The notes beneath the pieces are model-generated. The model was not told the origin of the DNA and did no database searches. It saw nothing but the letters and a program-made list of their open reading frames with translations. Below, piece by piece: positions 12,734 through 25,020 of a stretch of DNA of 64,000 nucleotides. The position numbers were made by a program, and so were the translations under genes. The DNA is from Octopus bimaculoides (Eukaryota), in contig NC_068988.1 of assembly GCF_001194135.2 (NCBI RefSeq), positions 3,433,245 to 3,497,244 on the forward strand, read 5' to 3'. Each line of letters starts with the position of its first letter. Position 1 is the stretch's first letter.

Positions 12734-13093
12734 TTATAGAAGAATATATATATATACAATATATATATGTATATATATATATATGACTATAACAATATAT
12801 ATACATACATATATGTATGAATACACACACACACACACATATAAGCATATCATCATTATCATTTAATGTCGATGTTCTGTGTTGGCATGAACTGGATGGT
12901 TTGACAGGATCCACTGGTTCCAGGGACTGCATCATACACTAGTATCAGCTTTGACAAGGTTACTGATACACACAACATGCATACAAGAATATATATTTAT
13001 GTACACACACACACGCATGCACACACACATGCACGTGCACACATACACACTCACTAGTTGCTTAGTGGTTGTGAGTTCGATTTTTGGTGGTGT

Positions 13094-13266
13094 ACAGTTC
13101 TATATTTAAGAAATGAAGAATTATGGACATTATTTACATTTGACGGATATTTGTCCTCATCTTGTTTGTTATTTACACAATGTTTCAGCTGATATACCTT
13201 CCAGCCTTTATCAGGTGTCTTGGGGAAATTTCAAACCTGGGTTCTCATTCCTAAGGCATTTTTCAA

Positions 13267-13299
<33 letters not shown>

Positions 13300-13431
13300 T
13301 ATTCAGGTCACTGCCTGGAATCGAACTTGGAATTTTGGGGTTAGTAGCATGCACACTTAACCACTATACCATATGCCCAACAAAGAAGATGAGGACAAAT
13401 ATCTGTCAAATGTAAATAATGTAAGTAATCC
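13094..13431 (-). mobile_element. tRNA-headed hammerhead-bearing SINE-like element plus inverted 3' fragment
   Basis: Minus-strand head GGGCATA-TGGTATAGTGG (A box)...GTTCGATTCC (B box), then (AAT)n, a hammerhead-like core and a 3' tail. 13379-13431 repeats part of the 3' region in + orientation. The direct repeat tggtggtgt flanks it at 13085-13093 and 13432-13440. Confidence 0.85.
13174..13219 (-). ncRNA. Mutated minimal hammerhead ribozyme
   Basis: Reverse complement gacac-CTGATAA-a-ggctg..cagct-GAAA-CA-TT-gtgta. G8 is changed to A and the stem III palindrome is lost relative to the 39 kb copies. Confidence 0.75.
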
Positions 13432-13663
13432 TGGTGGTGTGTTGTGTCCTTGAGCGAGACACTTATTTAACATTGCTTCAGTCCACTCAGCTGGCAAAAT
13501 TGAGTTGTATCTGTAATTCAAAGGGAGGAGGGGCGGGGGTGAAGGAAAAGTAGTAGGGTTCTGGGAAATGATAGAGAGAGAGAAAGAGAGAGAGGGAGAG
13601 TAATGTCTGCCATATTCTTATTAGTGAAAGAGAGGGAGAGATCAAGTGATGGATAGCTGGGTG

Positions 13664-13709
<46 letters not shown>

Positions 13710-13774
13710 CAGACAGAGACAGACAGAGAAAGAGAAAGAAAAAAGAGAGTGAAGAATGTCAACAACTAATGTCT

Positions 13775-14310
13775 CCAAAGGACCAGGTTGAGTCCATCAC
13801 TGAGGAGATTTAACCATTCAGAGGCAAGTGAAATCGAAATCGAATTAAATTCGACGACTGGCACCCATGCCAATGTTGTCTCCTTCATTGGACATGAAAC
13901 TCTGCTTGCAAAGACCTGTTGGGGCAAGCAAAAGCGAAATCATCATGGCACCTGTGCCCAGCATCGCCTTCCTGGCACTTGTGCTGAATGGCACGTGTAA
14001 AGACATTCGAGCGAGATCATTGCCAGTGCCGCTGAGCTGGCTCCTGTGCAGGTGGCACGTAAAATACACCATTTTGAGCATGGTTGTTGCCAGTACCACT
14101 TGACTGGCCTTTGTACCGGTGGCACATAAAAGCACCCACTACACTCTCGGAGTGGTTGGCGTTAGGAAGGGCATCCAGCTGTAGAAACTCTGCCAAATCA
14201 GATTGGAGCCTGGTGTAGCCATCTGGTTCACCAGTCCTCAGTCAAATCGTCCAACTCATGCTAGCATGGAAAGTGGACATTAAACGACGATGATGATGAT
14301 GATGATGATG
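13775..14310 (+). mobile_element. RTE LINE 3' UTR / tail
   Basis: Repeated ttgccagt...gtggcacgtaaaa units, then aaaagcacccactacactctcggagtggttggcgttaggaagggcatcc...ttaaacgacgatgat. Confidence 0.85.
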
Positions 14311-15502
14311 AATTCAATGAACAGTATGAAACTATCAAAGAAATGGAGTTTATAATGGTTAATTCCATGATAAGAATCATTTCTTACAGAAATGTACATT
14401 TTACTCTGACATATATTTCCAATATGGATGGCATGAATAGGATGGTTTTCTACATCAACTGCTTTTACAGATGGCAGCACTTCATACAGTTAATACATTT
14501 TTGGAAAAGTAAATAAATAATAACCCTGAAGTGAATTGAACTTGCAATGCATCTGTAGCTAGTCGGTTGTTCAATACCTTCAGTAAAGAATAAAACTACA
14601 GAATCTCAGTAACAAACTGAAATTCTTCTGAAGTTTTGTGATGAAATCATCTATGTTTATACTATACCACAACAGTAGCTATTAAAAAATGAATGTTCTT
14701 TTAAACAACACCACAGACAGCTAGTCTTTAGGGAGTTCCTCAATAGATGAACAGAGTCAAAAACTTATGAATGCATTAAATATGCTGGGATAATCTTTTA
14801 CAACAATTCTCTTGACTCACTATCTTTTCAAAATATAGAAAATAAATTTTAAAAAAAACGTTTCTTTTTTTCTCCTCTCTATGGAAGTAAGTTGTAAGAA
14901 TCCAAATTAGAGTTAAGAAATAGAAGTTAAAAATCATTTTAAAAAATCATAATGTATTCAATTCTGTATATTAAAATAGCTTAAAAAATATATGATATAA
15001 AGAGAAACTTAGATTCTAAGCCAACATTTACCAAATGCAATTCTGAAGAAACTTTAAAAAATATATATCTGAGCATTTATTCAGAGAATGAAGGCAATTT
15101 TCTGACAGAAATTTTCAAATGCCTACAGCTACATTCAATGAATTGATTTCACTATTCCCACAATTTTCAAGTAGTTTCTAAAGAAATCTAACAAATCTCT
15201 GTAGTATGTGTTATTACTTCACGTTATTACATCAAATTTGACAATGCTGAAAATCAAAACACGAGCATATAAATACATTTCTTCAATTATATATAAATAT
15301 ACACAAACGTATACACACATCTCCTCCCCACTCTCTCTCTTTCTTTCTATCTATCTATAGAAATGTATATGCATGTGTATATATGTGTATGTGTGTCCGT
15401 CTGTGCATATGAATGCATGCATTTGTGTGATATATATATCTGCCTGTCTGTCTGTCTATTTATCTGTCTATCTCTCTCTCTCTCTCCCCATATATATATA
15501 TG

Positions 15503-15584
<82 letters not shown>

Positions 15585-15909
15585 CATACATATATATATA
15601 TGTCATTTTCCTTGCTCCATACAATGGGTTTGCAGATTCATGTGTTGTAGCCATAATTTCCTGGAGTTAACATGATATATTCGTGTGAATGTCATTTCAA
15701 TCTCATTGATACATATTTCATACCTGAGTAAGCTGATGTTGCTTTCCTTCAGTGAAGAATGCAACTTAGAATATCAAATATTTCTCCTTGTTCAAACACA
15801 TCAGCATTACCACAATGGTCTGGAATGATACATACCAACATTGGCTTCCATTTGTTTGCTCAGACTTCTCTCATCATCCATGAGGCTATCACAGCGGACC
15901 ACCACATGT

Positions 15910-16030
15910 TCTCAGACTATGTGGCACTCTCTTCCACTGTAACCACATGACACTCTTTACTTTTCTGACCATGTGGCATTCTCTGCCATTCTCACCATGT
16001 GACACTCTCTACCACTCTGACCATGTGGTG
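15910..16030. repeat. Degenerate minisatellite, unit about 29 bp
   Basis: About 4 units resembling ctgaccatgtggcactctctaccact. Confidence 0.65.
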
Positions 16031-16169
16031 CTTCAAACCAATTGATTGATCAGAAATTTACTTGTGTCAGCCTAACTTTGACAGAAAATCTGCTTTACCA
16101 TAGACCAACTCAAGAGAGCTTGATGAGTGGCCAAAAACATTCTCCTGGGCATCTCACAAACAACCAAAT

Positions 16170-16400
16170 TCCACAGGCTTTAACCCAGAAGGCTCCAGTT
16201 CCAATGAGACCAATCCCTCTGACCAATCTCTCTGACCGTTCCACAAGCATCTTATTGCACTCACCCCTGGTTGTGTTTCATCACAAAGACGATGGAAACA
16301 GCCATCGACAATTTTCCTCTCCTCTTGAATATCTCTCCCTTTTTAATCACCACCAGTCAAGCAAAGAACATGGCTTCAATGTTTGGAGTAAATCTTTCAT
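16170..16400 (+). pseudogene. Degenerate CR1/Jockey-like LINE RT fragment
   Basis: Across frameshifts: KAPVP..., TNLSDRSTSILL (cf. SNYRPIAL), FITKTMETAIDN (cf. ISKVMETVIN), EYLSLFNHHQ...HGF (cf. LLSDHQYGF). Confidence 0.5.
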
Positions 16401-17159
16401 TCTTACAAAAGGAACACCTTTTATCCGGAACAGCAAGTCCTGCAGGCCGTTAATCCAAAGTGCAAAAAATGCTTCTGAACATCACACCATTTACATATTT
16501 GCCAATCCAGCAAACTATGACTGATCCTTTTTGCCACTCTGTTGTAGTGAAAATGGTACTCCCCTTCCCATGTGAAGAGGTGGCATTGTTGTCATTCTCC
16601 ATGTCAACAAACTGTCTCCTGGCTTTGTGCTTTCAAAGATGTGAGAAATATGAGATCCATTCTTAAAAAACTGCTAATGGTTAATGCAGGAAGGGCATTT
16701 GGGCTGCAAAACATTACCTTAATAATATCCCTGTCTAACTCATGTCTCCCACTTGGGTAAAATAGACACAAAAGCAAATGATTGCTGTCTTTGATTTTGC
16801 ACATGAACTCTGAGATTCACCTTTTTGAGTTCCATAGAAATAGATGCTATTACCTGAATATATAAAATAATAACAATCATTTATTTATATAAATTATAAT
16901 TAAATAAACACACAGTTATTTTAAAATTCATAATAAATTCCTGAGGGGCTATAAGGCTACATTTTATTGATAATTAAGAAAAAACTAATTTAGATTATTG
17001 AAGGTATAATTAGTTTCCTGGTCATGTCACCTATAAACTCAGGCCACAACAATTAGATCTAAAAATGATGTCCTGAGAGAGTCATTGCAGGCTGGCCTTG
17101 ACAGCTTGATTGCTAACTAGTTGATGTGATGGTGTTATTGGGGATGTGTGGCACATTTT

Positions 17160-17725
17160 ATAATGCACTTATCTCTTAATAGCTTAGTCTGCCTATCATT
17201 GAAGGCAATGATAAGAAGTGGGTGATTGGCATAATTCATCGATATATTGGACTCAATGCAATGCTGAGATCGAATTTTTCCAGAGATCTAGTAGCAACAA
17301 CAAGGAAGCACTTCAATGTAATGAACTTTAAACCATTCCAGAAACACAGCCTGAAATGGTGCCTTGCTAATCTATTGCATAGCAAGACATTATATACGTT
17401 AGCCATCATCGACTTTCTTGATTTAGTGTGGAGCAAGAAGCAGCAGCGATGTCCATTGTTTCCTGTGAAACAAGAGAGGTCAATGCAACAAATGGTTCTC
17501 TTGAAGAGTAAGAGTTGGAGAAAAAATAAAAACAAGACATAAGTGGAAATTTGAAGGTGACGACGTTGCAGAATGGAAGAACAGAGCGAACAAAGGAGAA
17601 AATGCAGCCTCTTGGGATATGAGTGAACCCCTTATAGCTACAAGTGGAGGTGATATAAGTGAATCAGGATTCCCTGTATGGGGATGGAGGAGGGGAACAA
17701 GACCAACCTGAGGAACAGAAGTCAC
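17160..17725 (-). pseudogene. Possible very old LINE (CR1-like) relic
   Basis: Weak similarity only: SLISPPLVAIRGSLISQEAAFSPLFALFF (cf. SSIPPL..DG.....KAELFA..F) and LSPIYR*IMPI. Confidence 0.3.
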
Positions 17726-19565
17726 TGAAAATATTAAGAGATGGTGACTGACATCACAATATTTCTATAGAAACAGTCTAAGATGTTTTGTTTGCATAGC
17801 AACTGACCCTACTGTGCTGACCTTAGAGGTGGAAGTTTAAAAATGTTTCTTGATTGTGATTTTGTTGTTGTGGAAGGAAACAAAGACAGGTATAACCCTT
17901 TTGAAGGATATTTTCAAGGTCTTTGTCACAGGGTTTGGGCCCATCTAGAATGTGGATGATTCTTGGGTACAGGTGGTTAGTGGAGGAGGGATGAAGATGG
18001 AATCACCTGCATGGAAGTGGGCGTTGAGGGTGAGGGTGTGGAACACTGATTTCCCAACTCATTATATTTCATACTTACAATGCATTGATATTCCAACCAA
18101 GCTTTATTGTTCTTAATATTGTCTTAAACAAGGTGAAAAAGGTAATAAAAAAGTGTAGTTTCAGTTGCTTCATTATTTTATAGCTGAGAGATTGTTGGAT
18201 CTCCTGACTTTTGAATTGGCAGCTGATTATCTGAATTCCTCGACTAGGTTACTTCGAAGAATGTGAAAGACCATTTTAATTTTTTTTTTTTTTTTTGTAA
18301 TACTCTTAAATGTATTTCCTAGAATTTGAATTAATATTATTATACTCTGATTAACAATAACACTCCACTGTTTCTCTTTTCCTATTTTGCAAGATGGAGT
18401 GTATATATAAATAAAGTCACTTTTGATGTGATCTTTTGACATAAGTTTCCATTGCAAATATAATGCTTTTACCAATTCATCTTGTCCTGCTTTGCACCTG
18501 ATGTCTTGGAACTTTATGGTAATAGAAATAAATCTGAAAATAATAGGCAGCATATAAAAGGTTATTCTTTAGAATATTAAAACTACTTCATAGAGAGAAA
18601 TAGAGAGAACCTAAAGTGTTTTTCTAAAGATGCAGATAACGATGTTTGCTTGCAATAAATTTTATAGTTTTCAGCTTTAAACTGAAAGCAAAGAAATTGA
18701 AATAAGAATGAGAAGATAGAAAGATTTTGTAAAAGCTAGCTTCACCCAAGAACAATAAAATACAATAAGCTCATAGTTTATAAATGCATCCACACATAAA
18801 ATATGATTGAGTTTATTCATATGATTCTATAAATAAATACTTACAGTATACAAATATAGAGATTTTATACATACAGACATGAACAGTTTATATACCCAGT
18901 ACTCCAAGTGAAGAGTTTTTGTTATTGATATAAGTTTGCATTTGGGAATTAATAGGAAAAAAAATGGTTTTCACATTGGTACAAAGCAACACAGAGGTGG
19001 GAGGTATGACTCAGTTAATCACCCCCAGTACAAGTCTGGTACATATTTTATTGATCTTGGGTGGATTATAGATTATTGATTGAAAGTAGAGGAATAAATA
19101 CTGTAAACTATTTTATCTTTGCTTAGCAATCAGACAACTGCAAGAAACAATCATAAGAATCATGATTTGCTGTGGCTATGCTCTATGCAACGACTACAAC
19201 CACTTAAGCTTCTAATGATCCAACCAAAAGAATCAGAAGATAACTGAGTGTCATCGTGGAGAGGAGATGTTGAAGTGGTTAGCACAACTATAACGATTTG
19301 CGGCAGAAGTGGTATTCAAATACCACAAACGGATGCTCTCTTCTTCTTTATTAGATATGTACAATTCTTCAATGCTGTGTGGAATGAGCCCCCCCCCTCC
19401 CCTACCAATAAGAAGCTAATGTGTGTCACCTTAGTTACTTAGGTTAAGTCTTTAGTTTTCAATGGTTAAAGTTGTTGTGTCACTCTGGTGTTGTGGTTAT
19501 AGCACAGCTACATAGTTTGCTGAATTTTGCAGGCAGAGTTTTTACACTTTCTATCATCTATGTCT

Positions 19566-19598
<33 letters not shown>

Positions 19599-19697
19599 AT
19601 GTGGCTGTGTATATGTGCATCTATATAAACACACACCACTGTTACTGAGCAGCTGCATATAAAATATCTTTACTGAAAGACTTCAGTTATTGAACAA

Positions 19698-19776
<79 letters not shown>

Positions 19777-19789
19777 TCGCAAGCCACTA

Positions 19790-19970
19790 AACCTTTTTTT
19801 CTATTTTTCTCTCCCTGTTTATTTCTTTGTTCCTTTCTGTCGAAGAGCGTAGACTCGAAACGTAATAGTCTTTCTCACTTCCTGAGCATTAAACTAATAC
19901 ATCTGTTTGTTGTTTGCACAACCGTCTTCGTCTTTTGTCTTTTTATAAATTCTCACTATATACATATATA
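19790..19970 (+). mobile_element. Short repeat element carrying a hammerhead-like motif
   Basis: Pyrimidine-rich start, then cttt-CTGTCGA-a-gagc-gtag-actc-GAAA-CG-TA-atag at 19833-19868, ending ttctcactata next to (TA)n. Confidence 0.55.
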
Positions 19971-20215
19971 TATATCAAGTAACACACTGAGGAAAATAGA
20001 TCCTTCAAAGGGCTGTGTTAAACATCCAATTCACTGGCATGTATATCAGAAAATGTATATAAGTCAAAACAATTTGTTGGCCTTTTATGGGTTTTTTAAT
20101 AATTGCTTATGTTATGTAATATTATGTTATATTATATTCATAGTATATCATGTAATATTATAATATAAATAAATTATTGGATTGTCAATAGTATCTCTCT
20201 ATTTAATTTATTGTT

Positions 20216-20254
<39 letters not shown>

Positions 20255-21260
20255 ATTACATATACACATGTATACATCACATTTGGCTTCCCTTCTCTTT
20301 CTCTCTGACACCTTCCCTATTCATGTTAGCACCCCTCCCCCTCCGCCATTGCCTAAATATCACTCTCTCCATTAATATAGTGCCTCTGTCTCCTTCGTGC
20401 CATTTTTACATGGATATTTCTAATGCATATTTGTTTATTTATTATTCGTAAATATATTCACGCAAACATATATAAATATTTTAAATATATTTCTGTATTG
20501 ATGCTTCTGTATTTGTTTGTATACATGCAATTTTCAATGGCTACATGTATGTTGTGTGTTTGTGCCCATAGTTAAATGTAATTTTCATGTACAAATACAA
20601 CCATATGTACACCTACATGCACATACATGTGTAAATGCATTTACACGTGCAAGTCTGTATGTGTGTGCAAGTAAATCTGTGTGGCTAGCTGAGCATAAGA
20701 TATGAATAAACATGCAGTGTATGCACTAATAGTTGCATATGTCTGTGTATGTGAGTGTATTTGTATGTTTGTGTGCATGTGCAAATGTGCTTATATGTAA
20801 GTTATCACACACACAACACATATATCCGTATGCATGTATGTATACACATTTCTCTCTCTCTAAATATATATATATATATATGTATGTATATAAATACATA
20901 CACACGCACATAGGTTTGTGTGCATGTGTACCATGTGTCTATATATATGTATGTGTATTCCCTTGCGTGCTCACAACCAATTGTAAGAGGTTTTTTAAAT
21001 CATGCACTCTAATAACCTGACAATAAAGGCATTTTTTGAAAAAAATTTATAGAGGCACTTTATAAACAGCCTTCATTTTGCTGATTCTTAGTGGAAAGAA
21101 ATAATTATATACACTCTAATTTGCATATTGAGTTCTTTTTTTATGTTTAAAATTATATATATATATATATATGGATAAATATATATTGGATTGCTTTTCA
21201 ATAACTGCAAAATATCACATGAACAAACGAGAGAGCAAAGCCCTTAACATCCCTAGATGC

Positions 21261-21527
21261 GACTACAAGTGTTATGTGAATTCCTATGGATGAAATAATG
21301 CATGTAATCAGAAGATGTCCAAAAATGTCATCGTCGTATACAACCTCTCACTGTGATATGATGTTGCTGCTAAAACAATGTAGAATGCCATCTGCAGAAA
21401 AGACAGCCCTGGCATAAATGTAAGTAATTCTATTGAACACAAGAAATATTGGTGGAACATTCCCATTGAAACTTCTGCCAATTGCAAACATAACAGATCT
21501 GATATAGTCATTTGGAGCAGCAAGGAG
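21261..21527 (+). pseudogene. R4/Dong-type (RLE) non-LTR retrotransposon relic: Zn-knuckle and start of endonuclease
   Basis: DYKC..., DEIMHVIRRCPKMSSSY, frameshift, then YDVAAKTM*NAICRKDSPG...KYWWNIPIETSANCKHNRSDIVIW. This matches the CCHC plus HNRPDIV signature. Confidence 0.8.
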
Positions 21528-21789
21528 ATGACAGAAGGACCGAGATATGTGGTGCATTGATGTACTCAAGAAGACCCTCTGTTTCATATCAGATGTTTGA
21601 GTAACTTCAGAAGGATTGTCAATAGCAGTCAGAGAGCGAGGACTGACAGAGTTTTGGCTACATATATACATACACCGATATTAATATCATTATCTTAATG
21701 ATGTATGTGTGTGTACATGCATCTGTGTTCATAACAAATATAGAATGCATGTGTACTTAAACATGCATTGTATGTGCATTACATATTCT

Positions 21790-22052
21790 TTTATCCTTTT
21801 TCACATTTCAGTCCTTTTACTGCGGCCATGCTGGAGCACCGCCTTTAGTCAAACAAATCAATCCCTGGACTTATTCTTTGTAAGCCTAGTACTTATTCTA
21901 TTGGTCTCTTTTGCTGAACTGCTAAGTTTCAGGAACATCAACACACCAACATCGGTTGTCAAGCGATGGTGTGTGTGTGTGTGTGGGAGGGGGGACAAAC
22001 ACAGACACAAACACTCAGAAATATATATACATATATATATTAAGTTTTGAAC

Positions 22053-22099
<47 letters not shown>

Positions 22100-22265
22100 A
22101 TATGTATAAACGACGAGCTTCTTTCAGTTTCCATCTACCAAATCCCTCACAAGGTTTCTGGTCAGCCTGAGGCTATAGGAGTAGACATTGGCCTAAGGTG
22201 CCACACAGTGGGACTGAACTCAGAACCACATGGTTGCGAAGCAAGCTTCTTACCACAAAGTCACA
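21790..22265 (-). mobile_element. SINE family B
   Basis: Reverse complement of the 3493 element (cggccatgctggagcaccgcctttagtc...). Confidence 0.88.
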
Positions 22266-22644
22266 TTTTTATTAGTCCTATTGTTTGGTTTGACTCAGGT
22301 TTGTTCTTATTCCTGCGAGAATTTATGTGAGTAGCAGATTACTACCACAGTTATCATTGTTATATTTGCTAACATTAACCATTTTTACTATCACTATTTT
22401 GTCAGTCTTTATCACAACCTTTATCAAGGTTTCTAGTACAGGTGGCAGGGTTGGGAATGGGTGGGTGCATCATTGAAATTCTAGTAAGTTTTCAACATTG
22501 CAGATATAAGTAAAAATGTGTTTATAGTGTTATTTAAAGAGCATTTATACTGTTGTTGTTGTTGTTGTTGGTGTTGTTGTCGTTGTTGTTGTTGCTGCTG
22601 CTGCTGCTGGTGCATCATCGTCATCATCATCATCATCATCATCA

Positions 22645-22678
<34 letters not shown>

Positions 22679-22679
<1 letters not shown>

Positions 22680-23110
22680 GTGGTGAGCTGGCAGAATCAT
22701 TAGCATGACGGGCAAAATGCTTCACTGTGTTTTGTCCATCTTTGTGTTCTGAGTTCAAATGCTGCCAAGGTCAACTTTGCCTTTCATCCTTTCGGGGTCA
22801 ACAGATTAAATACCAGTGAAACACTGGGGTCGATGTAATCGACTAGGCCCCTCCCACAAAATTTCAGGCTTAGTGCCCTTAGTGGAAAGGATTATCATTA
22901 TTATGAAGGCAGACTCATTAGCATGCCAGGCAAAACATTTCACTGCTTTTTGTCCATCTTGATGTTCTGAGTTCAAATTCCACCAAGGTTGACTTTGTCT
23001 TTCATCCTTCAAGGGCCAATAAAATAAATACAAGGTTGATTTAATGGACTTGTCTACTTCCCCAAAATTTCAGGCCTAAAATAGAAAGGATTATTATTAT
23101 TATTATTTTT
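22679..23110 (+). mobile_element. Tandem pair of tRNA-derived SINE family A
   Basis: gagctggcagaatcattagc...ctgagttcaaat...aaggattatcatt is followed immediately by a second, more degenerate unit ending in (ATT)n. Confidence 0.8.
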
Positions 23111-24633
23111 ATTATTATGTTATGTTTGGTTTTGCTTTAATTTATACAAGTTGCACCCAAGTCTCAACCAGAGACATCAAGGGACAACGAGGTTTTGCAC
23201 CTGAAGATGGCTAACGGGTGTGCTGCCATGCAATGGAAAAATACTGATGTCTGTGGGAGAAAACAAAACGCAGAGTGAGCATGGTTGCATTTGCACGGGG
23301 ATAAATTTATGTAGAATATGTTGTTGTTGTTGTTGTTATTATCAATAGTGTTGTTGTTGTTGTTGCTGTCGTCATTACTTATATCATACATGCATGTAAT
23401 GTTTGTAAAAATATAGATTGAGCAATGATAACAGAGCAAATGCTGTTGATAGTCAATAATTGTGAGCTTCAAAGCAAATACCATGTATCTACAAAGTAGT
23501 TAAAATGTGGCACCAAAATTTAACATCAGTGCATACCTGCATCCTATTTACTGCATATTGATACTGCTGTCAAAGCTAATTCCATATTCCAGCTGTCTCA
23601 TATACTTACACATGTGATGGCTACAACAAATTAAATAACATACCTATCACTGGAAATATATGTGAAATGACAATGTCTTCTTAGCTCCATTTTCATAGCT
23701 AGAAATTGGCAAACGGTAGTGGGGGGAGATAAGTTTTGTACTAATAATATTTCCAAAGGATTTGGTACCTATTTCTCATAGATAGACAGATAAATGAACT
23801 GTGGCCAATGTGGAGTAAAGCATTTTGTCATGAAACACCTCCTACAGATCTCTCTGCACTGTCAATGTTGTATGATTGTGCATAATGCATGTGTGTCTGC
23901 ATGTGTGTCTGCATGTGTGTGTGTGATTTATGGATTGTTGAGATTAGCCTCTCCCCATCCTCTCTGTTCTCTTATTGCTACTTAGATGGGACTAAATTTA
24001 TTTTAATTGAAATTTACAATTAAATTTTCAAGAACAAAATTTTTTTTATTAACAAAAATATAAATTAAATTTTGGTTTTATTTGGTTGTAAGAAACTTAT
24101 GAAGAGCTATCTAAAAATCGATATATATCTCTCTAACCAGAGTAGTCTCACTGCAAACATAAATTGTAGTGCACTGGCAGAGAATTAGTTGAGAGCTGAC
24201 GACAAGAGTGTAAAGCGATCAGGTAAATGATTAGTGGTTTGAGTAATGCAATACTACCATTCTACACGGTCGGTTGGTTGGCAGAATCATGAGAGCAACA
24301 CATGCAAATGCTTATAGTATTTACTAATAACCACATATGTCCCAAGTTCAAATCCTGGTGCTGATAACTATGCATTTATTTCTTCTGGGATTCATAAATT
24401 TATTTTCAGTCGTGTAGAGGGCTTCATTAAATATGAAGAGAATGATAATTAAGGCATTAGACACAAAACATTTCCAGCAACATTACGATACTTGTTAATA
24501 CATTTTTTTATTTAATTTGCTGTTACTGATAAACTGCAGGCAGATTCTTGTAAAGCAAGTCAATAGTTAAAAACATTCCCACCATGACCATCCTATCTTC
24601 TTTGGTGGTATACTAAACTACATAATCTAACAT

Positions 24634-25020
24634 GTTGTTGTTGGCACTCCATCGCTTATGACGTTGAGGGTTCCAGTTGATCCAATCAACGGAACAGCCT
24701 GCTCATGAAATTAACGTGCAAGTGGCTGAGCACTCCACAGACACGTGTACCCTTAACGTAGTTCTTGGGGGAGATTCAGCGTGACACAGTGTGACAAGGC
24801 TGACCCTTTGAATTACAGGCGCAACAGAAACAGGAAGTAAGAGTGAGAGAAAGTTGTGGTGAAGGAGTACAGCAGGGTTTGCCACCATCCCCTGCCAGGG
24901 CCTCGTGGAGCTCCAGGTGTTTTCGCTCAATAAACACTCACAACGCCCGGTCTGGGAATCGAAACCGCGATCCTATGACCGCGAGTCCGCTGCCCTAACC
25001 ACTGGGTCATTGCACCTCCA
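24634..25020 (-). mobile_element. SINE family C
   Basis: Closely similar to 9406-9785, with a (CAA)n tail on the minus strand. Confidence 0.9.

Noticed and set aside
13305-13378. tRNA gene
   Set aside because: It has A and B boxes but no 3' acceptor-stem partner, and it continues into a repeated SINE body. The same applies to the other tRNA-like heads.
23151-23274. Possible + strand exon (APKSQPETSRDNEVLHLKMANGCAAMQW...)
   Set aside because: The AAG acceptor is weak, the peptide is unrecognised, and it cannot be linked to other exons.
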